DNA of 64,000 nucleotides, taken from positions 104,160,001-104,224,000 of the forward strand of contig OZ024741.1 of assembly GCA_964016885.1 (NCBI GenBank), written 5' to 3'. Positions within the stretch are counted from its first letter, which is position 1; the number at the start of each line of letters is the position of its first letter. The DNA comes from Eledone cirrhosa. Lineage: Eukaryota. A program made the position numbers and the translations under genes. Below the pieces are notes generated by a model. It worked only from the letters and a program-made list of their open reading frames with translations. It ran no database searches and was not told where the DNA came from. This document shows positions 10,296 through 23,488 of the stretch, in pieces.

Positions 10296-12462
10296 TTAAA
10301 CCAACCTAAATTCGTATGACTTAAAGCCACATAAAGCAGGCCGTGACTTATAGTTGATGTTGTAAAAACTCCCTACTTAAAATTTATTACATACATTTCT
10401 TAATATAGATATATTAGATACGTGTATGAACTGTTAAATTAAGGGTAGATGTGTATTTATATATACCTTTCAACTGCGGTCGTTTTATATTCTTGATAAT
10501 TCTAACTTATAATCGATGTTGCTAGGGACTTGACTCCTTGGCCGTCACATACACATATACATTCAGACAGACATACACTCAGACATACATACACTCATAC
10601 AAGTATAGCCAATTTAAAAATAATTATTACATACACACACATCTATACAAACATATACATAAACAGTTTCATTAGAGAAAATAATTACATGCACACACAT
10701 TGTTCGCTATTTTCTATACTTTGTCACAGCCCCGTTTCTTCCACACTAATCACATAGATGTGTGTGTATGTGATCATTATTTTGTTTAATGTGTATGTTT
10801 ATGTGTTTATATTTATATATCCGTACATAGATGAGTTACCTCCCTTTGCGTGACGGACAAATACACATTAGGTATTATATTAGTAGATGATAAAGAGAGA
10901 GAGAGTGGGGGAGAGGGAGAGGGAGAGAGAGTGAAAGAGACCGACAGGGGTCTGTGTGAGGTGTTTTTTTATTTTACTACATCATAACTAGTTGAAATCG
11001 TTTCTTTAACTACTTGCTTTCACTTCGCAAGCTGGCTATTTAAGAAAATTCCACCTCCTTTAAACCCAAGTTGGCCAGTTTCACCAGACTACTGGCGCCA
11101 ACACATGATAAAGAAAATAGGTCTTCTGTGTCTTTTGGAGGTTACTATGTGTGTAGAGATTTCGCTACATTAGTTCCTTGCCCAGATCGAGGCAGGAGCA
11201 GCGATCAATAATAGGAGAGGTAGTTAAATGCGAGAATATAATCTGAAAATTGTGGGATTGAGATGGTTGACTGCATATCTGAACAGTCGATACTCCACAG
11301 TCAGTTTGGAATAGTGTTTGAAACAAGTTTTGCCATAAAAGCAGTGGCGGATTTGTCGTATATTTATATATGCAGTCCTACTTATGTTGCGGTGATTATG
11401 CCGAAAAAGCTTATTTCGTAATTACGAAGAATCATCTCGGAAATTTCACATAAATCAAGGACACAGCTCCCGCACTCAGAGTGTAGCGAAGAAATCTCGA
11501 AAATGTTTACATTAAGTGTACGCATGTATTTATGTGTCAATACACATGTAAATTTTGTATGTATAGAGCTTGAAACATATAGGACAACGATCGTCGTTGG
11601 GATGCAAGTATACGAAGTTGTGAGCAGCTCGACGTATTTATAACCGGAATAAAGTTCCGCAGGGATTTGGGAAGCTGAGATATTTTGAAGTAGAAGCTGT
11701 GGCTATTTGTGTGCAGTTGCATGAAATGAATGCAGAAATGTGAAACTTGCCGTGTTTGAGGAGGTAAGGGCCGATAGCTTTTTCCGAAACTTAAAACTAG
11801 TTGAGAAGAGATATCTTGTGACCTCAGCCTCCAAGAGATTATTCATCGCTCCCAGGTGCATTTCGTGTGCACCAGAAGATTCTTTTGTGATCAGGTTTAT
11901 GAAATCAACAAACATTCTCTCCACCTTGCGAGGATGCACCTCTTCGAAGAGAGGAGAATCCTAGACGCATTCTTGATAGAAGGTGTGGAGAGGAACTTCT
12001 TATTACGAAGTCGGCGGATAGTCTGTCCGAACACTTTATTTGCTGATCTGAAGTTGGTTTCCAGCTTGATCTCAAAGTCCTCTCATGTCTTAACTTTGGA
12101 CGCATTTACCGTCCTGCTGTGATTCTTCGTGCCTGCTTTTACCAAAAGTGCAAGAAGGAGAACTTATTTCGAAGCCAAGCTTTGTAGGTCTCCTTCTATG
12201 CTCGGTTGACATCTTTGACCTCTTGATTTAACCAAGGGGTTCTCCTACCATCCGGCACCACAGCAAGCCTTTTTCACCCGCAGTATTTAACAGCTAAAGC
12301 ATTTTTGAATATCGAGAATAATCTAATCAGTTGCGGGTATAAACCTTTTGGGAAGAAATAATTTACACATTTATTTGTGTGTATGCATATGGAGTTAAGG
12401 ATTCAATGATGGAGTCAATGGTTTAAAAATTTGGATGACTGCTCAGTTTAAAATATACCGAC

Positions 12463-12549
12463 CTGTTGGAATATCTGTACGATTCCACATATAATATTGA
12501 TGAAACTGTAAACCAATATAAGGATGCCAATGAAATAAAATCCATGTTT
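12463..12549 (-). CDS. TRPA1: TRPA1-like exon (S2): KHGFYFIGILILVYSFINIICGIVQIFQQ
   Basis: Long pyrimidine tract plus cag|, donor |gtcggt; 87 nt, phase 0-0; ends in QIFQQ as in human TRPA1. Confidence 0.88.
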
Positions 12550-13001
12550 CTGAAAGAAAGAAAAGAAAGAAGTTTCCAAGAACATTATACATTTTCAGCA
12601 AGTATAATTTGTTTTGGCATGAAATATTTTGAGTGGAAACAAATGGCTGAAATGTTTGTAAGAATGTATGAGTCATATATTAAGAGGTCAACTTCAAAAT
12701 TAACATCGATTCGACGAACCAACGAGGGACTCCCCTACATAGCGATCTGACTTGCTAGAAATAACAATGAAATCTTCCTGAAATCAAATCCTGCCACTTT
12801 GAAAGGAAGTTGCCCCTGAAATGGGAATACAGTGGAATAAAACAAGTTCCGCGTAAATCGGACCACGGGTTCCCGAGATATGGGTTTTTCCGGGTACCTT
12901 CATAAACAAAGAGAGAGAAAGATAGAGAGGAAGAGATAGTGGTTGTGACAGAGTAGATTGAAAGAGAGACATAGAGAGAGGGAGAGGAGACAGAGAAGGA
13001 G

Positions 13002-13045
<44 letters not shown>

Positions 13046-13171
13046 CTGATGGTGTTGTGTATATAGATATGTGAGTGTGTATGTGTTTATATATGTGTGT
13101 GTGTGTCTATGACCAGTGTATATAGATCACAGACACCCACATATATATATATATACATACACACGTACACA

Positions 13172-13234
<63 letters not shown>

Positions 13235-13344
13235 TCATTATTTAAGCAAATCAAGACCACAAAATTCACATGGAAGACGTTAGTTAAAGAGTGTCAACAT
13301 TAGTTGCAGTTTAATGTAAAGAATAATAATAATAATAATAATAA

Positions 13345-13670
13345 TTGTTTCTACTTTTTGGCACAAGGCCAGCAATTATCCCAGTATATTACTGGTACTT
13401 TATTTTATCGACCTCGTAAGGATGAAAGGCAAAGTTAACCTCGGCGGGATTTGAACTCAGTTCGTAAAGGGACGTAACTGTGCTACAAAGCATGGCGTCC
13501 GACCCTCTACCGATACTGCCAATCCACCGATAATAATTGTTTCTACTTTAGGCACAAGGCCAGTAATTACCCAGTGCATTACTGGTACTTTATTTTATCG
13601 ACCCCGTAAGGATGAAAGGCAAAGTCAACCTCGGCAGGATTTGAAATCAGATCGTAAAGGGACGTAATTA
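13345..13670 (-). mobile_element. Two tandem SINE copies
   Basis: Same SINE core as 5745-6320, reverse complement. Confidence 0.85.
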
Positions 13671-13681
13671 TAATAATGTCT

Positions 13682-13803
13682 GTTTACAATTGTTTCACTA
13701 CTCCATATAATGTTTCTGGATCAATCGATTATTAGATCGTTATTGATCTGGTTCAGAGAAAGATAAGTAACTTAAGTTATATTATGGAGCAGTTCTTCAG
13801 AAC
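13682..13803 (-). ncRNA. Hammerhead motif with ~97-nt expanded stem II
   Basis: Minus strand: gtt CTGAAGA actgctccata...tatggagtagt GAAA caattg TA aac; inner helices gatcaat/attgatc and cgat/atcg. Confidence 0.72.
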
Positions 13804-13940
13804 GTCAGATGAGATAATGAAAATATTTCGCTATTGGTCCAGAGTCGGGCCAGATCGATACAGATCGAACCTTGAGCTGATCAATAGTGAAACGCGCGCC
13901 ATTATTCAATAAACGTAATGAAGGCATATCAAATCGTCCC

Positions 13941-14002
<62 letters not shown>

Positions 14003-14229
14003 GTTTAATATTTGGTGGTTTACCACAGGGTAGAATTCGTCATTCTGCAAATCATGGCGTAATATGAGAAACGCACTCGACGTTATGCAACTCATCCATT
14101 TCTGATGTTGAATAATGTTGGTGGTTGCTAGAACGGAGTAAATGTATTTTAAAGTGAAATGTGCAATGTGTTTGAAGAAATAAATAATTAAGGAAATTCA
14201 ACATATTTCGCCTCCTATCATTTCACTTT

Positions 14230-14279
<50 letters not shown>

Positions 14280-14312
14280 AATAAGGGCGCTGCGGAGTTG
14301 CAAATGGGTTAC

Positions 14313-14577
14313 ATATGAAAAAAGTTTGTCCTTCATCAGTGATCTTCCAACCATCATAGGCATTTCATCGCTTTAAAGACCATATACCTCCGGTTGGTGC
14401 GAGCAACGGCTAAAAAAAGTCGTTGGGACACTTAAATAAAGGGGACACGAGGTCCCCTTTATTTACGTGTCCCAACGACTTTTTTTAGCCGTTGCTCGCA
14501 CCAACCGGAGGTATATGGTCTTTAAAGCGATGAAATGCCTATGATGGTTGGAAGATCACTGATGAAGGACAAACTTT

Positions 14578-14585
<8 letters not shown>
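14313..14585. repeat. Fold-back with ~134-bp arms and 5-nt loop in (TA)n; diverged single-arm relative at about 4440-4605
   Basis: Arms are almost exact reverse complements around ggggac-acgag-gtcccc. Confidence 0.9.
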
Positions 14586-14621
<36 letters not shown>

Positions 14622-14703
14622 CGAAGGAGGTGTGGTAAGGAACCAGATGGACCATAACGCACCAAAGTACTCAATACTTAGGGTAGTAGAGTGGTAATAG
14701 GAG

Positions 14704-14784
14704 GAAAATGTTTAACCCCGACGGCAGAGCTCAAGCCGTTTCGACGGCTATTTCTGGACTCTGCCGTCGGGGTTAAACATTTTC
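14704..14784. repeat. Hairpin with 26-bp arms enclosing an inner agccgt-TTCG-acggct stem-loop
   Basis: gaaaatgtttaaccccgacggcagag ... ctctgccgtcggggttaaacattttc. Confidence 0.85.
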
Positions 14785-14816
14785 ATATATATATATTTAC
14801 TAATAAATTTGAAGAC

Positions 14817-14889
<73 letters not shown>

Positions 14890-14947
14890 TATTAAAAAAA
14901 TAATGAATAAACAAAGAAACAGTTCCTTATATTAAACAAAAAAAGTT

Positions 14948-15086
14948 CATTATTTTACGATCGTTTCTAGAACATATATGTGTTAGAATTCGTATGCATA
15001 TTCAAAAGATCTATGTACAAAATTATACAAACTATCAAAGAGAATATACATACCTTCACATATATATGCTGTCTTCAGAAATAATG
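14948..15086 (-). ncRNA. Hammerhead motif of the Penelope-like element, ~104-nt stem II (sense to TRPA1)
   Basis: Minus strand: cattattt CTGAAGA [long hairpin] GAAA cgatcg TA aaataatg; perfect 8-bp stem I. Confidence 0.8.
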
Positions 15087-15317
15087 ATGCATATTTATTG
15101 ATAATAACAACAATTCAAAATTACAGGTCTGTTTGGGAACAGATTTTAAATAGACCAATGAAATACATAAACATTTATCAAGAAAATACAGTTAGGTGTG
15201 TGTATATATGTATGTAAATCCGTTCACAGATGTGCACAGAAGTGTATGTTCATATGTATACGTATGTTGAAAAAGTGTATGTAAATATAAAAATTTACAA
15301 TCTACAATCTACAGACA

Positions 15318-15404
<87 letters not shown>

Positions 15405-15994
15405 CATGCACACACATACATATATATATATACATATATACACACATATATACATATATATATACACATACATACACATACATACACACACACATACATA
15501 TATATTATTATTATAAATATATGGATATTGAGGCGCTCACATAAAACACGCCCACACACACTTACATTAGATGCAGAAGTAAAGGAGGTAAGGGAGTAAG
15601 TAATTAAAGGAAAGTGTCAATCTCGACATACTTATAAAAATGTATCCATAAAATAAGAAATAAAAAAAAAATTTATAGAAGGAAAAAACTCAAAAAAAGG
15701 GGGAACAAAAAAATAGGGGGGTACGTACATACACAGACGCGAATGTCTCACAAAAGAAATATAAAAAACATAAAAAAACATAAAAGAGAGACATAAAATA
15801 TACATGCTTATATACATACGCACATTTACACATCCATACGTTCGATACATACATACGTACACACACACACATACACATACTTAACCTCACGCATATTGAC
15901 CTGTTTGTATGCATACACATAAAAATAAGTAAAACATATACCCATACATATAAATACACACCGATATATATATATATATACACACACAAAAATA

Positions 15995-16032
<38 letters not shown>

Positions 16033-16033
16033 C

Positions 16034-16106
<73 letters not shown>

Positions 16107-17666
16107 TACCCATGTATATATACACAACCACACACTCACACACACTCAGACATACACACACATAAATATATATATATAAATACACACAGTCAGACACATA
16201 TGCACATATATACACATACATACACATCTCTACAAATACATATACATACACATACATACATACACATATATATACATATATATATATATACACTCATACA
16301 CACACATTTACATGCGCACATATGTATTTTTATACTCACATACAAACACACAAACATACATACACACTTACATACACATACATACATCCACGCTTACAAA
16401 TACAAATAATTATTGGGGGGGGGGGATTAAAATTATTAGTGGGAAATAGTAAATATATAGGTTTCAAGGAACATAGAATATTAATCTGCAGTTAAATCAT
16501 TATATGTGTTTACATAGTACACACACATATACATGCGCACATATTTATTTTTATACACACATACAAACATACAAACATACATACACACTTACATACACAT
16601 CCATGCATCCACGCTTACAAATACAAATAATTATTGGGGGGGGGGGGGGGGGGGGGGAATTAAAATTATTAGTGGGAAATAGTAAATATATAGGTTTCAA
16701 GGAACATAGAATATTAATCTGCAGTTAAATCATTATATGTGTTTACATAGTTGTATCAGTTTTAGGAAATGGTATTTGTAAGAAAGAAGGCTAAATTATG
16801 TATTTTAATATAAGTAGAATATTAATTATAGGTTAACTAAAATAAAAATAGTTAATATATTAATTTCTAAGGTGTATACTACTTAGGTTTATAATATTTA
16901 AAGCGGAATTTTGAAGTTAAACAGTAGTAGAGTATTAATTATAGCATAACTAAATTAAAAATAATTACATATATTAACATGATGGTATCAATTTTAGGAA
17001 ATGAATTTTGTAATAGGGAAAGCCAAATTAAGTATTTCATCGGTAGTAGAATATTAATTATAGGTTAACTAAATTAAAAATTATATATTAATTTCTATAG
17101 TATATGTTAATTAGGTTTATAATAATTAAAGCAAAATTTTGTATTTTATCTATAGTAGAATTTTAATTATAGGTTAACTAAATTAAAATTAATCTATATA
17201 TTAATTTGTAAAGTGTATATTAATTAGGTATATATTTAAAAGTTTTTCTCAGTTTATGATTACACGATATTCTGCAATCCATCTGTATTAGAATTTTAAT
17301 TATAAGCTAACTAAATTAAAATTATAGGTTAACTAAATTAAAATTAATTTATATATTAATTTCTAAATTGTATATTAATTAGGTTTATAATATTAAAAAG
17401 TATTTCTCCGTTATTAATTACACGATATTTTGTTGTATTTCATCTGTAAAAGAATTTTAATAATAGGTTAAATAAACTAAAATTAATCTATATATTAATT
17501 TCCAAAGTATATATTAATTATGTTAATAATATTTAAATGTTTTTCACAGTTTATGATTATACGATATTTTTTTTTAATTCATCTGTAGTAGAATTTTAAT
17601 TAAATTAAAATTATAGGTTAACTACATTAAAATTAATTTATATATTAATTTCTAAAATATATATTA

Positions 17667-20120
17667 TTAATTAGGTTTATAATATTTAAATGTTTTTCTC
17701 AGTTTATGATTACACGATATAATTAATTCCTGTCGCTTATTTAATAGGATATCCTTAGATTTCATTATTTCAAATAGTTCTTGGGAACACAATCTACATT
17801 CATTTCTATTATTTTGATAAGGGGTGGCTCTTTTGAGCACACTCCAGGTCGTATCATATTCTATATTCTTATTTCTATAACTATTAATTTTTTCTGCTAG
17901 AGATGTTGTATTAGCCAGTGCGGCATTTTTAAAACTATGTTTGTGGGTATTAAACCTTACCTTAAAATTGTTAGAAGTAGCTCCTATATATGAGCAAATA
18001 GAATCCTTAGTTTTAACTTTACATTTATAAACTATGTTGTTAACAAGACAATTTCCTTTTAATGGGCAGTTTGCCTTGTTTCTACAGTTACAACCTTTCG
18101 TTAATTCTGTATTTGAGGAGATATTATGGTTAGTTTGATGTATTGGTGGTATACTTATGTTTTTTTTACATTTATATGCATTATAGGCACTTATATTTTG
18201 TTTTATGTTTTTGGTTGTTGAGTATGAGAATTTAACTGTTGATCTATTTAAGATTTGATGGTATTTGTGGTTTGGCGGGAAGTTTTTCTCTAGGATATTA
18301 AAAATTTGTTTAGGTATATTATCCTTAATTTGTAAATTAAATGGAGCATTATACCAAGTAACTCGTCTATTACGGTTTCTATGTTGTTTATTGTTTTTAT
18401 AGGATGCATCCTGATGTTTACTAGGAGGATTAATGTTAATGACCTCACCACGCACATTTTTAGTTAGATTTATTGATTTAGGTGTTTTAGCTTGTTTATT
18501 AGGAGTTTTATTATTAACATTTATTAGAGTTGTATGATGAGTAGTTTTTTGAGAGTTACTATACTTTATATTAGAGGAGTTAGAGAAATTTGGTTTTATG
18601 TTGGTATTTTGGGGTATAGTGTGAGTGGCATTTAGGTGTGTACTTTTCATTTGGTGTTTGTTGGTAATATTAGGTTGTATGTTTATAGTGTTATTAGTAG
18701 AAGGTATATATTCCAATCTATTTTTGTGGCCACTTCTATCTAGAGCTTCGTTATAGGAGGTCGCATTTTTATCAAATACATCTTGGTTAGACGAAAGGTT
18801 AGAAATTCTAAGTGATATATTATATGCAAGGTTTTTAAGGATAGATTTAGGGTGATTAGATTGTGAGTGTATGTAGTATAAGTTTTGGTTGGGTTTATGG
18901 TAAGGTTGGTAGATACCCGTAGCCAAGTCTAAAGTTATATCTAGGAAATTAACTACTTTACTTGTGTTTTCAAAAGTAATATCAAGACTATAATAGTCTT
19001 TAAGGAAAGTTCTAATAAGCTTTTTGTTTTTTTCTATTCCTGAGAGGCTAAGGTTGTTGGAAAGAAGAAGACAGTCATCACGATATAAACCACCTTTAAG
19101 GTGGGGAAAGGAAGCATTTATTTTAAAAAGAAGAAAGAGGCCCACAAGATCAGTAATTTGGGCAGAATCGCTTGAACCCATAGTAATATCAAATAGATTA
19201 CTATATGTGTTTCTGGTCCAGTATTCATTCTGAAATTCAATAAGTGTTAGTCTAGCATGTGTAATAATATTAATGTCATCCAAAGTTAAGTTAGATCTAT
19301 TTTTAGCAAATATCAAAGCTTTGTTCAGGAGTATAGGTGATATAGAAGAATAGTAATTATCTATATCAGATTGTAGAAATGAAGCAGAAGATTTACATCT
19401 AATATTATTAAACCAGTTAATTACCTGGGAAGTGTTTTCCCAGAGTGGTGAATTAACATGTTTTCTTATTTGTGGGATGACTCTATCCAAAATGTTTTTG
19501 CTAATTATTCCAATATCCGATTTGGAGGGACATATAAGTCTTATAGAAGGATTTGAGTTAAAGTTTGATTTATGATCTTTCAGGTTGAAGTGTGGTCTTT
19601 TCAATGCCAAAGGTTCAGTTCTATCTTCAATATTTAGTTTATTCACTATGTTCTGTGTTTTGTTGTTGATGTTGGTGAGTGACGCATTATTAGTTTTTCT
19701 ATAATTTTTCCGGAGTTCTTTATATATGAACTCATTGTAATTTTCAATATCCATGTGATATAGGTTTCCAGTTTTGTCCGGGTGGACATGGATTTTTTTA
19801 GATTTATTTAGGTCCAATAGGGTAGAATCAAGGTCCTTTTGAAAGATAGATTTATACTTCTTAAATTTGAGGTGTTTAATTAAATTAAAGAGGTCTTTCT
19901 CAAAGTTTTCAAGTAGAGAGTTGTGTGGTGGATTCTTATAAGTAGTGAAATCATACATATATTTCCTATCTGTATATTTAGATTTTTTATCGAAGTGGTA
20001 GGCCCTCCATCTGACTCTTCTGATAAATTGGTTAGTTTTCTGTATCATAAGGAGTAAGAAATCATCCTTAGAAGGTACTGGTATATTCTTTAAATAAGTT
20101 CCCAAGTATTGTTTTTCCAT
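17667..20120 (-). CDS. Penelope-like RT + C-terminal GIY-YIG endonuclease, ~817 aa from the first ATG (MEKQYLG)
   Basis: LKNIP..RVRWRA N-terminus; RT motifs SDIDNYYSSI, TMGS.D.AQI.DLVG, GLYRDD, FLDITL; SNHP; CNCRNKANCPLKGNC; IVYK...YIGAT...FKVRFNTHK; CRLCSQE; LNKRQEL...CNH. No internal stops. Confidence 0.93.
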   Translation of the reverse strand: MEKQYLGTYLKNIPVPSKDDFLLLMIQKTNQFIRRVRWRAYHFDKKSKYTDRKYMYDFTTYKNPPHNSLLENFEKDLFNLIKHLKFKKYKSIFQKDLDSTLLDLNKSKKIHVHPDKTGNLYHMDIENYNEFIYKELRKNYRKTNNASLTNINNKTQNIVNKLNIEDRTEPLALKRPHFNLKDHKSNFNSNPSIRLICPSKSDIGIISKNILDRVIPQIRKHVNSPLWENTSQVINWFNNIRCKSSASFLQSDIDNYYSSISPILLNKALIFAKNRSNLTLDDINIITHARLTLIEFQNEYWTRNTYSNLFDITMGSSDSAQITDLVGLFLLFKINASFPHLKGGLYRDDCLLLSNNLSLSGIEKNKKLIRTFLKDYYSLDITFENTSKVVNFLDITLDLATGIYQPYHKPNQNLYYIHSQSNHPKSILKNLAYNISLRISNLSSNQDVFDKNATSYNEALDRSGHKNRLEYIPSTNNTINIQPNITNKHQMKSTHLNATHTIPQNTNIKPNFSNSSNIKYSNSQKTTHHTTLINVNNKTPNKQAKTPKSINLTKNVRGEVININPPSKHQDASYKNNKQHRNRNRRVTWYNAPFNLQIKDNIPKQIFNILEKNFPPNHKYHQILNRSTVKFSYSTTKNIKQNISAYNAYKCKKNISIPPIHQTNHNISSNTELTKGCNCRNKANCPLKGNCLVNNIVYKCKVKTKDSICSYIGATSNNFKVRFNTHKHSFKNAALANTTSLAEKINSYRNKNIEYDTTWSVLKRATPYQNNRNECRLCSQELFEIMKSKDILLNKRQELIISCNHKLRKTFKYYKPN

Positions 20121-21824
20121 TGTGATATGGATAATGGACAAGAGAAAGAGCTCAACTAATTGTATATGGAGTTATAAAATCATACATATATATGTATATA
20201 CATAAATATAAAATTTACACACATATACAATACAAAAATAAGAATATTTCCGTGAAAATAGGAGCAAATTATGTAGATAAATCTACCAAAAGTTTACGGT
20301 AGTGTCCAATCCGTATGAAGAACTCAATGTAATCCGGATATCATGAAAAGAAGAGATGCATTCAAAAATCACTTTCGGTGAAAGATAAACGGAATACAGA
20401 GTCAAGATAAATTATTAAAAAAATAATGAATAAACAAAGAAACAGTTCCTTATATTAAACAAAAATAATGACTGTCTTCTTCTTTCCAACAACCTTAGCC
20501 TCTCAGGAATAGAAAAAAACAAAAAGCTTATTAGAACTTTCCTTAAAGACTATTATAGTCTTGATATTACTTTTGAAAACACAAGTAAAGTAGTTAATTT
20601 CCTAGATATAACTTTAGACTTGGCTACGGGTATCTACCAACCTTACCATAAACCCAACCAAAACTTATACTACATACACTCACAATCTAATCACCCTAAA
20701 TCTATCCTTAAAAACCTTGCATATAATATATCACTTAGAATTTCTAACCTTTCGTCTAACCAAGATGTATTTGATAAAAATGCGACCTCCTATAACGAAG
20801 CTCTAGATAGAAGTGGCCACAAAAATAGATTGGAATATATACCTTCTACTAATAACACTATAAACATACAACCTAATATTACCAACAAACACCAAATGAA
20901 AAGTACACACCTAAATGCCACTCACACTATACCCCAAAATACCAACATAAAACCAAATTTCTCTAACTCCTCTAATATAAAGTATAGTAACTCTCAAAAA
21001 ACTACTCATCATACAACTCTAATAAATGTTAATAATAAAACTCCTAATAAACAAGCTAAAACACCTAAATCAATAAATCTAACTAAAAATGTGCGTGGTG
21101 AGGTCATTAACATTAATCCTCCTAGTAAACATCAGGATGCATCCTATAAAAACAATAAACAACATAGAAACCGTAATAGACGAGTTACTTGGTATAATGC
21201 TCCATTTAATTTACAAATTAAGGATAATATACCTAAACAAATTTTTAATATCCTAGAGAAAAACTTCCCGCCAAACCACAAATACCATCAAATCTTAAAT
21301 AGATCAACAGTTAAATTCTCATACTCAACAACCAAAAACATAAAACAAAATATAAGTGCCTATAATGCATATAAATGTAAAAAAACCATAAGTATACCAC
21401 CAATACATCAAACTAACCATAATATCTCCTCAAATACAGAATTAACGAAAGGTTGTAACTGTAGAAACAAGGCAAACTGCCCATTAAAAGGAAATTGTCT
21501 TGTTAACAACATAGTTTATAAATGTAAAGTTAAAACTAAGGATTCTATTTGCTCATATATAGGAGCTACTTCTAACAATTTTAAGGTAAGGTTTAATACC
21601 CACAAACATAGTTTTAAAAATGCCGCACTGGCTAATACAACATCTCTAGCAGAAAAAATTAATAGTTATAGAAATAAGAATATAGAATATGATACGACCT
21701 GGAGTGTGCTCAAAAGAGCCACCCCTTATCAAAATAATAGAAATGAATGTAGATTGTGTTCCCAAGAACTATTTGAAATAATGAAATCTAAGGATATCCT
21801 ATTAAATAAGCGACAGGAATTAAT

Positions 21825-22800
21825 TATATCGTGTAATCATAAACTGAGAAAAACATTTAAATATTATAAACCTAATTAATAATATATATTTTAGAAATTA
21901 ATATATAAATTAATTTTAATGTAGTTAACCTATAATTTTAATTTAATTAAAATTCTACTACAGATGAATTAAAAAAAAATATCGTATAATCATAAACTGT
22001 GAAAAACATTTAAATATTATTAACATAATTAATATATACTTTGGAAATTAATATATAGATTAATTTTAGTTTATTTAACCTATTATTAAAATTCTTTTAC
22101 AGATGAAATACAACAAAATATCGTGTAATTAATAACGGAGAAATACTTTTTAATATTATAAACCTAATTAATATACAATTTAGAAATTAATATATAAATT
22201 AATTTTAATTTAGTTAACCTATAATTTTAATTTAGTTAGCTTATAATTAAAATTCTAATACAGATGGATTGCAGAATATCGTGTAATCATAAACTGAGAA
22301 AAACTTTTAAATATATACCTAATTAATATACACTTTACAAATTAATATATAGATTAATTTTAATTTAGTTAACCTATAATTAAAATTCTACTATAGATAA
22401 AATACAAAATTTTGCTTTAATTATTATAAACCTAATTAACATATACTATAGAAATTAATATATAATTTTTAATTTAGTTAACCTATAATTAATATTCTAC
22501 TACCGATGAAATACTTAATTTGGCTTTCCCTATTACAAAATTCATTTCCTAAAATTGATACCATCATGTTAATATATGTAATTATTTTTAATTTAGTTAT
22601 GCTATAATTAATACTCTACTACTGTTTAACTTCAAAATTCCGCTTTAAATATTATAAACCTAAGTAGTATACACCTTAGAAATTAATATATTAACTATTT
22701 TTATTTTAGTTAACCTATAATTAATATTCTACTTATATTAAAATACATAATTTAGCCTTCTTTCTTACAAATACCATTTCCTAAAACTGATACAACTATG
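21825..22800 (+). repeat. AT-rich degenerate tandem repeats in the element's 3' UTR (mirror at about 16750-17720)
   Basis: atatcgtgtaatcataaactgagaaaaac...aaacctaattaatata recurs at about 21826, 21979, 22118 and 22276. Confidence 0.8.
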
Positions 22801-23443
22801 TAAACACATATAATGATTTAACTGCAGATTAATATTCTATGTTCCTTGAAACCTATATATTTACTATTTCCCACTAATAATTTTAATTCCCCCCCCCCCC
22901 CAATAATTATTTGTATTTGTAAGCGTGGATGCATGGATGTGTATGTAAGTGTGTATGTATGTTTGTATGTTTGTATGTGTGTATAAAAATAAATATGTGC
23001 GCATGTATATGTGTGTGTACTATGTAAACACATATAATGATTTAACTGCAGATTAATATTCTATATATTTACTATTTCCCACTAATAATTTTAATCCCCC
23101 CCCCCAATAATTATTTGTATTTGTAAGCGTGGATGTATGTATGTGTATGTAAGTGTGTATGTATGTTTGTGTGTTTGTATGTGAGTATAAAAATACATAT
23201 GTGCGCATGTAAATGTGTGTGTATGAGTGTATATATATATATATATGTATATATATGTGTATGTATGTATGTGTATGTATATGTATTTGTAGAGATGTGT
23301 GTATGTATGTGTATATATGTGCATATGTGTCTGACTGTGTGTATTTATATATATATATTTATGTGTGTGTATGTCTCTATATATATGTATGTCTGAGTGT
23401 GTGTGAGTGTGTGGTTGTGTATATATACATGGGTATGTGTGTG

Positions 23444-23488
<45 letters not shown>

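Larger units (their letters stand above)
14884..20465 (-). mobile_element. Penelope-like retroelement (Naiad-type), full-length copy with ~58-nt terminal redundancy, ending in (TA)n
   Basis: Intact RT + GIY-YIG ORF; 14884-14943 is repeated at 20407-20465; hammerhead motif in the terminal region. Confidence 0.92.

Noticed and set aside
11560-12350. Possible decayed LINE 3' fragment on the minus strand
   Set aside because: Higher GC and coding-like, but no motif I could assign with confidence.
14530-14572. Possible type II hammerhead (GAAAtgccTA tgat...atca CTGATGA aggac)
   Set aside because: Stem II does not pair next to the core, stem III is poor, and the relative at about 4520-4560 has lost core bases.
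17667-20141. Selenocysteine recoding, reported for some Naiad elements; also the 824-aa start in the ORF track
   Set aside because: No in-frame TGA in this ORF. The track's start is TTG; the first ATG is at 20120.
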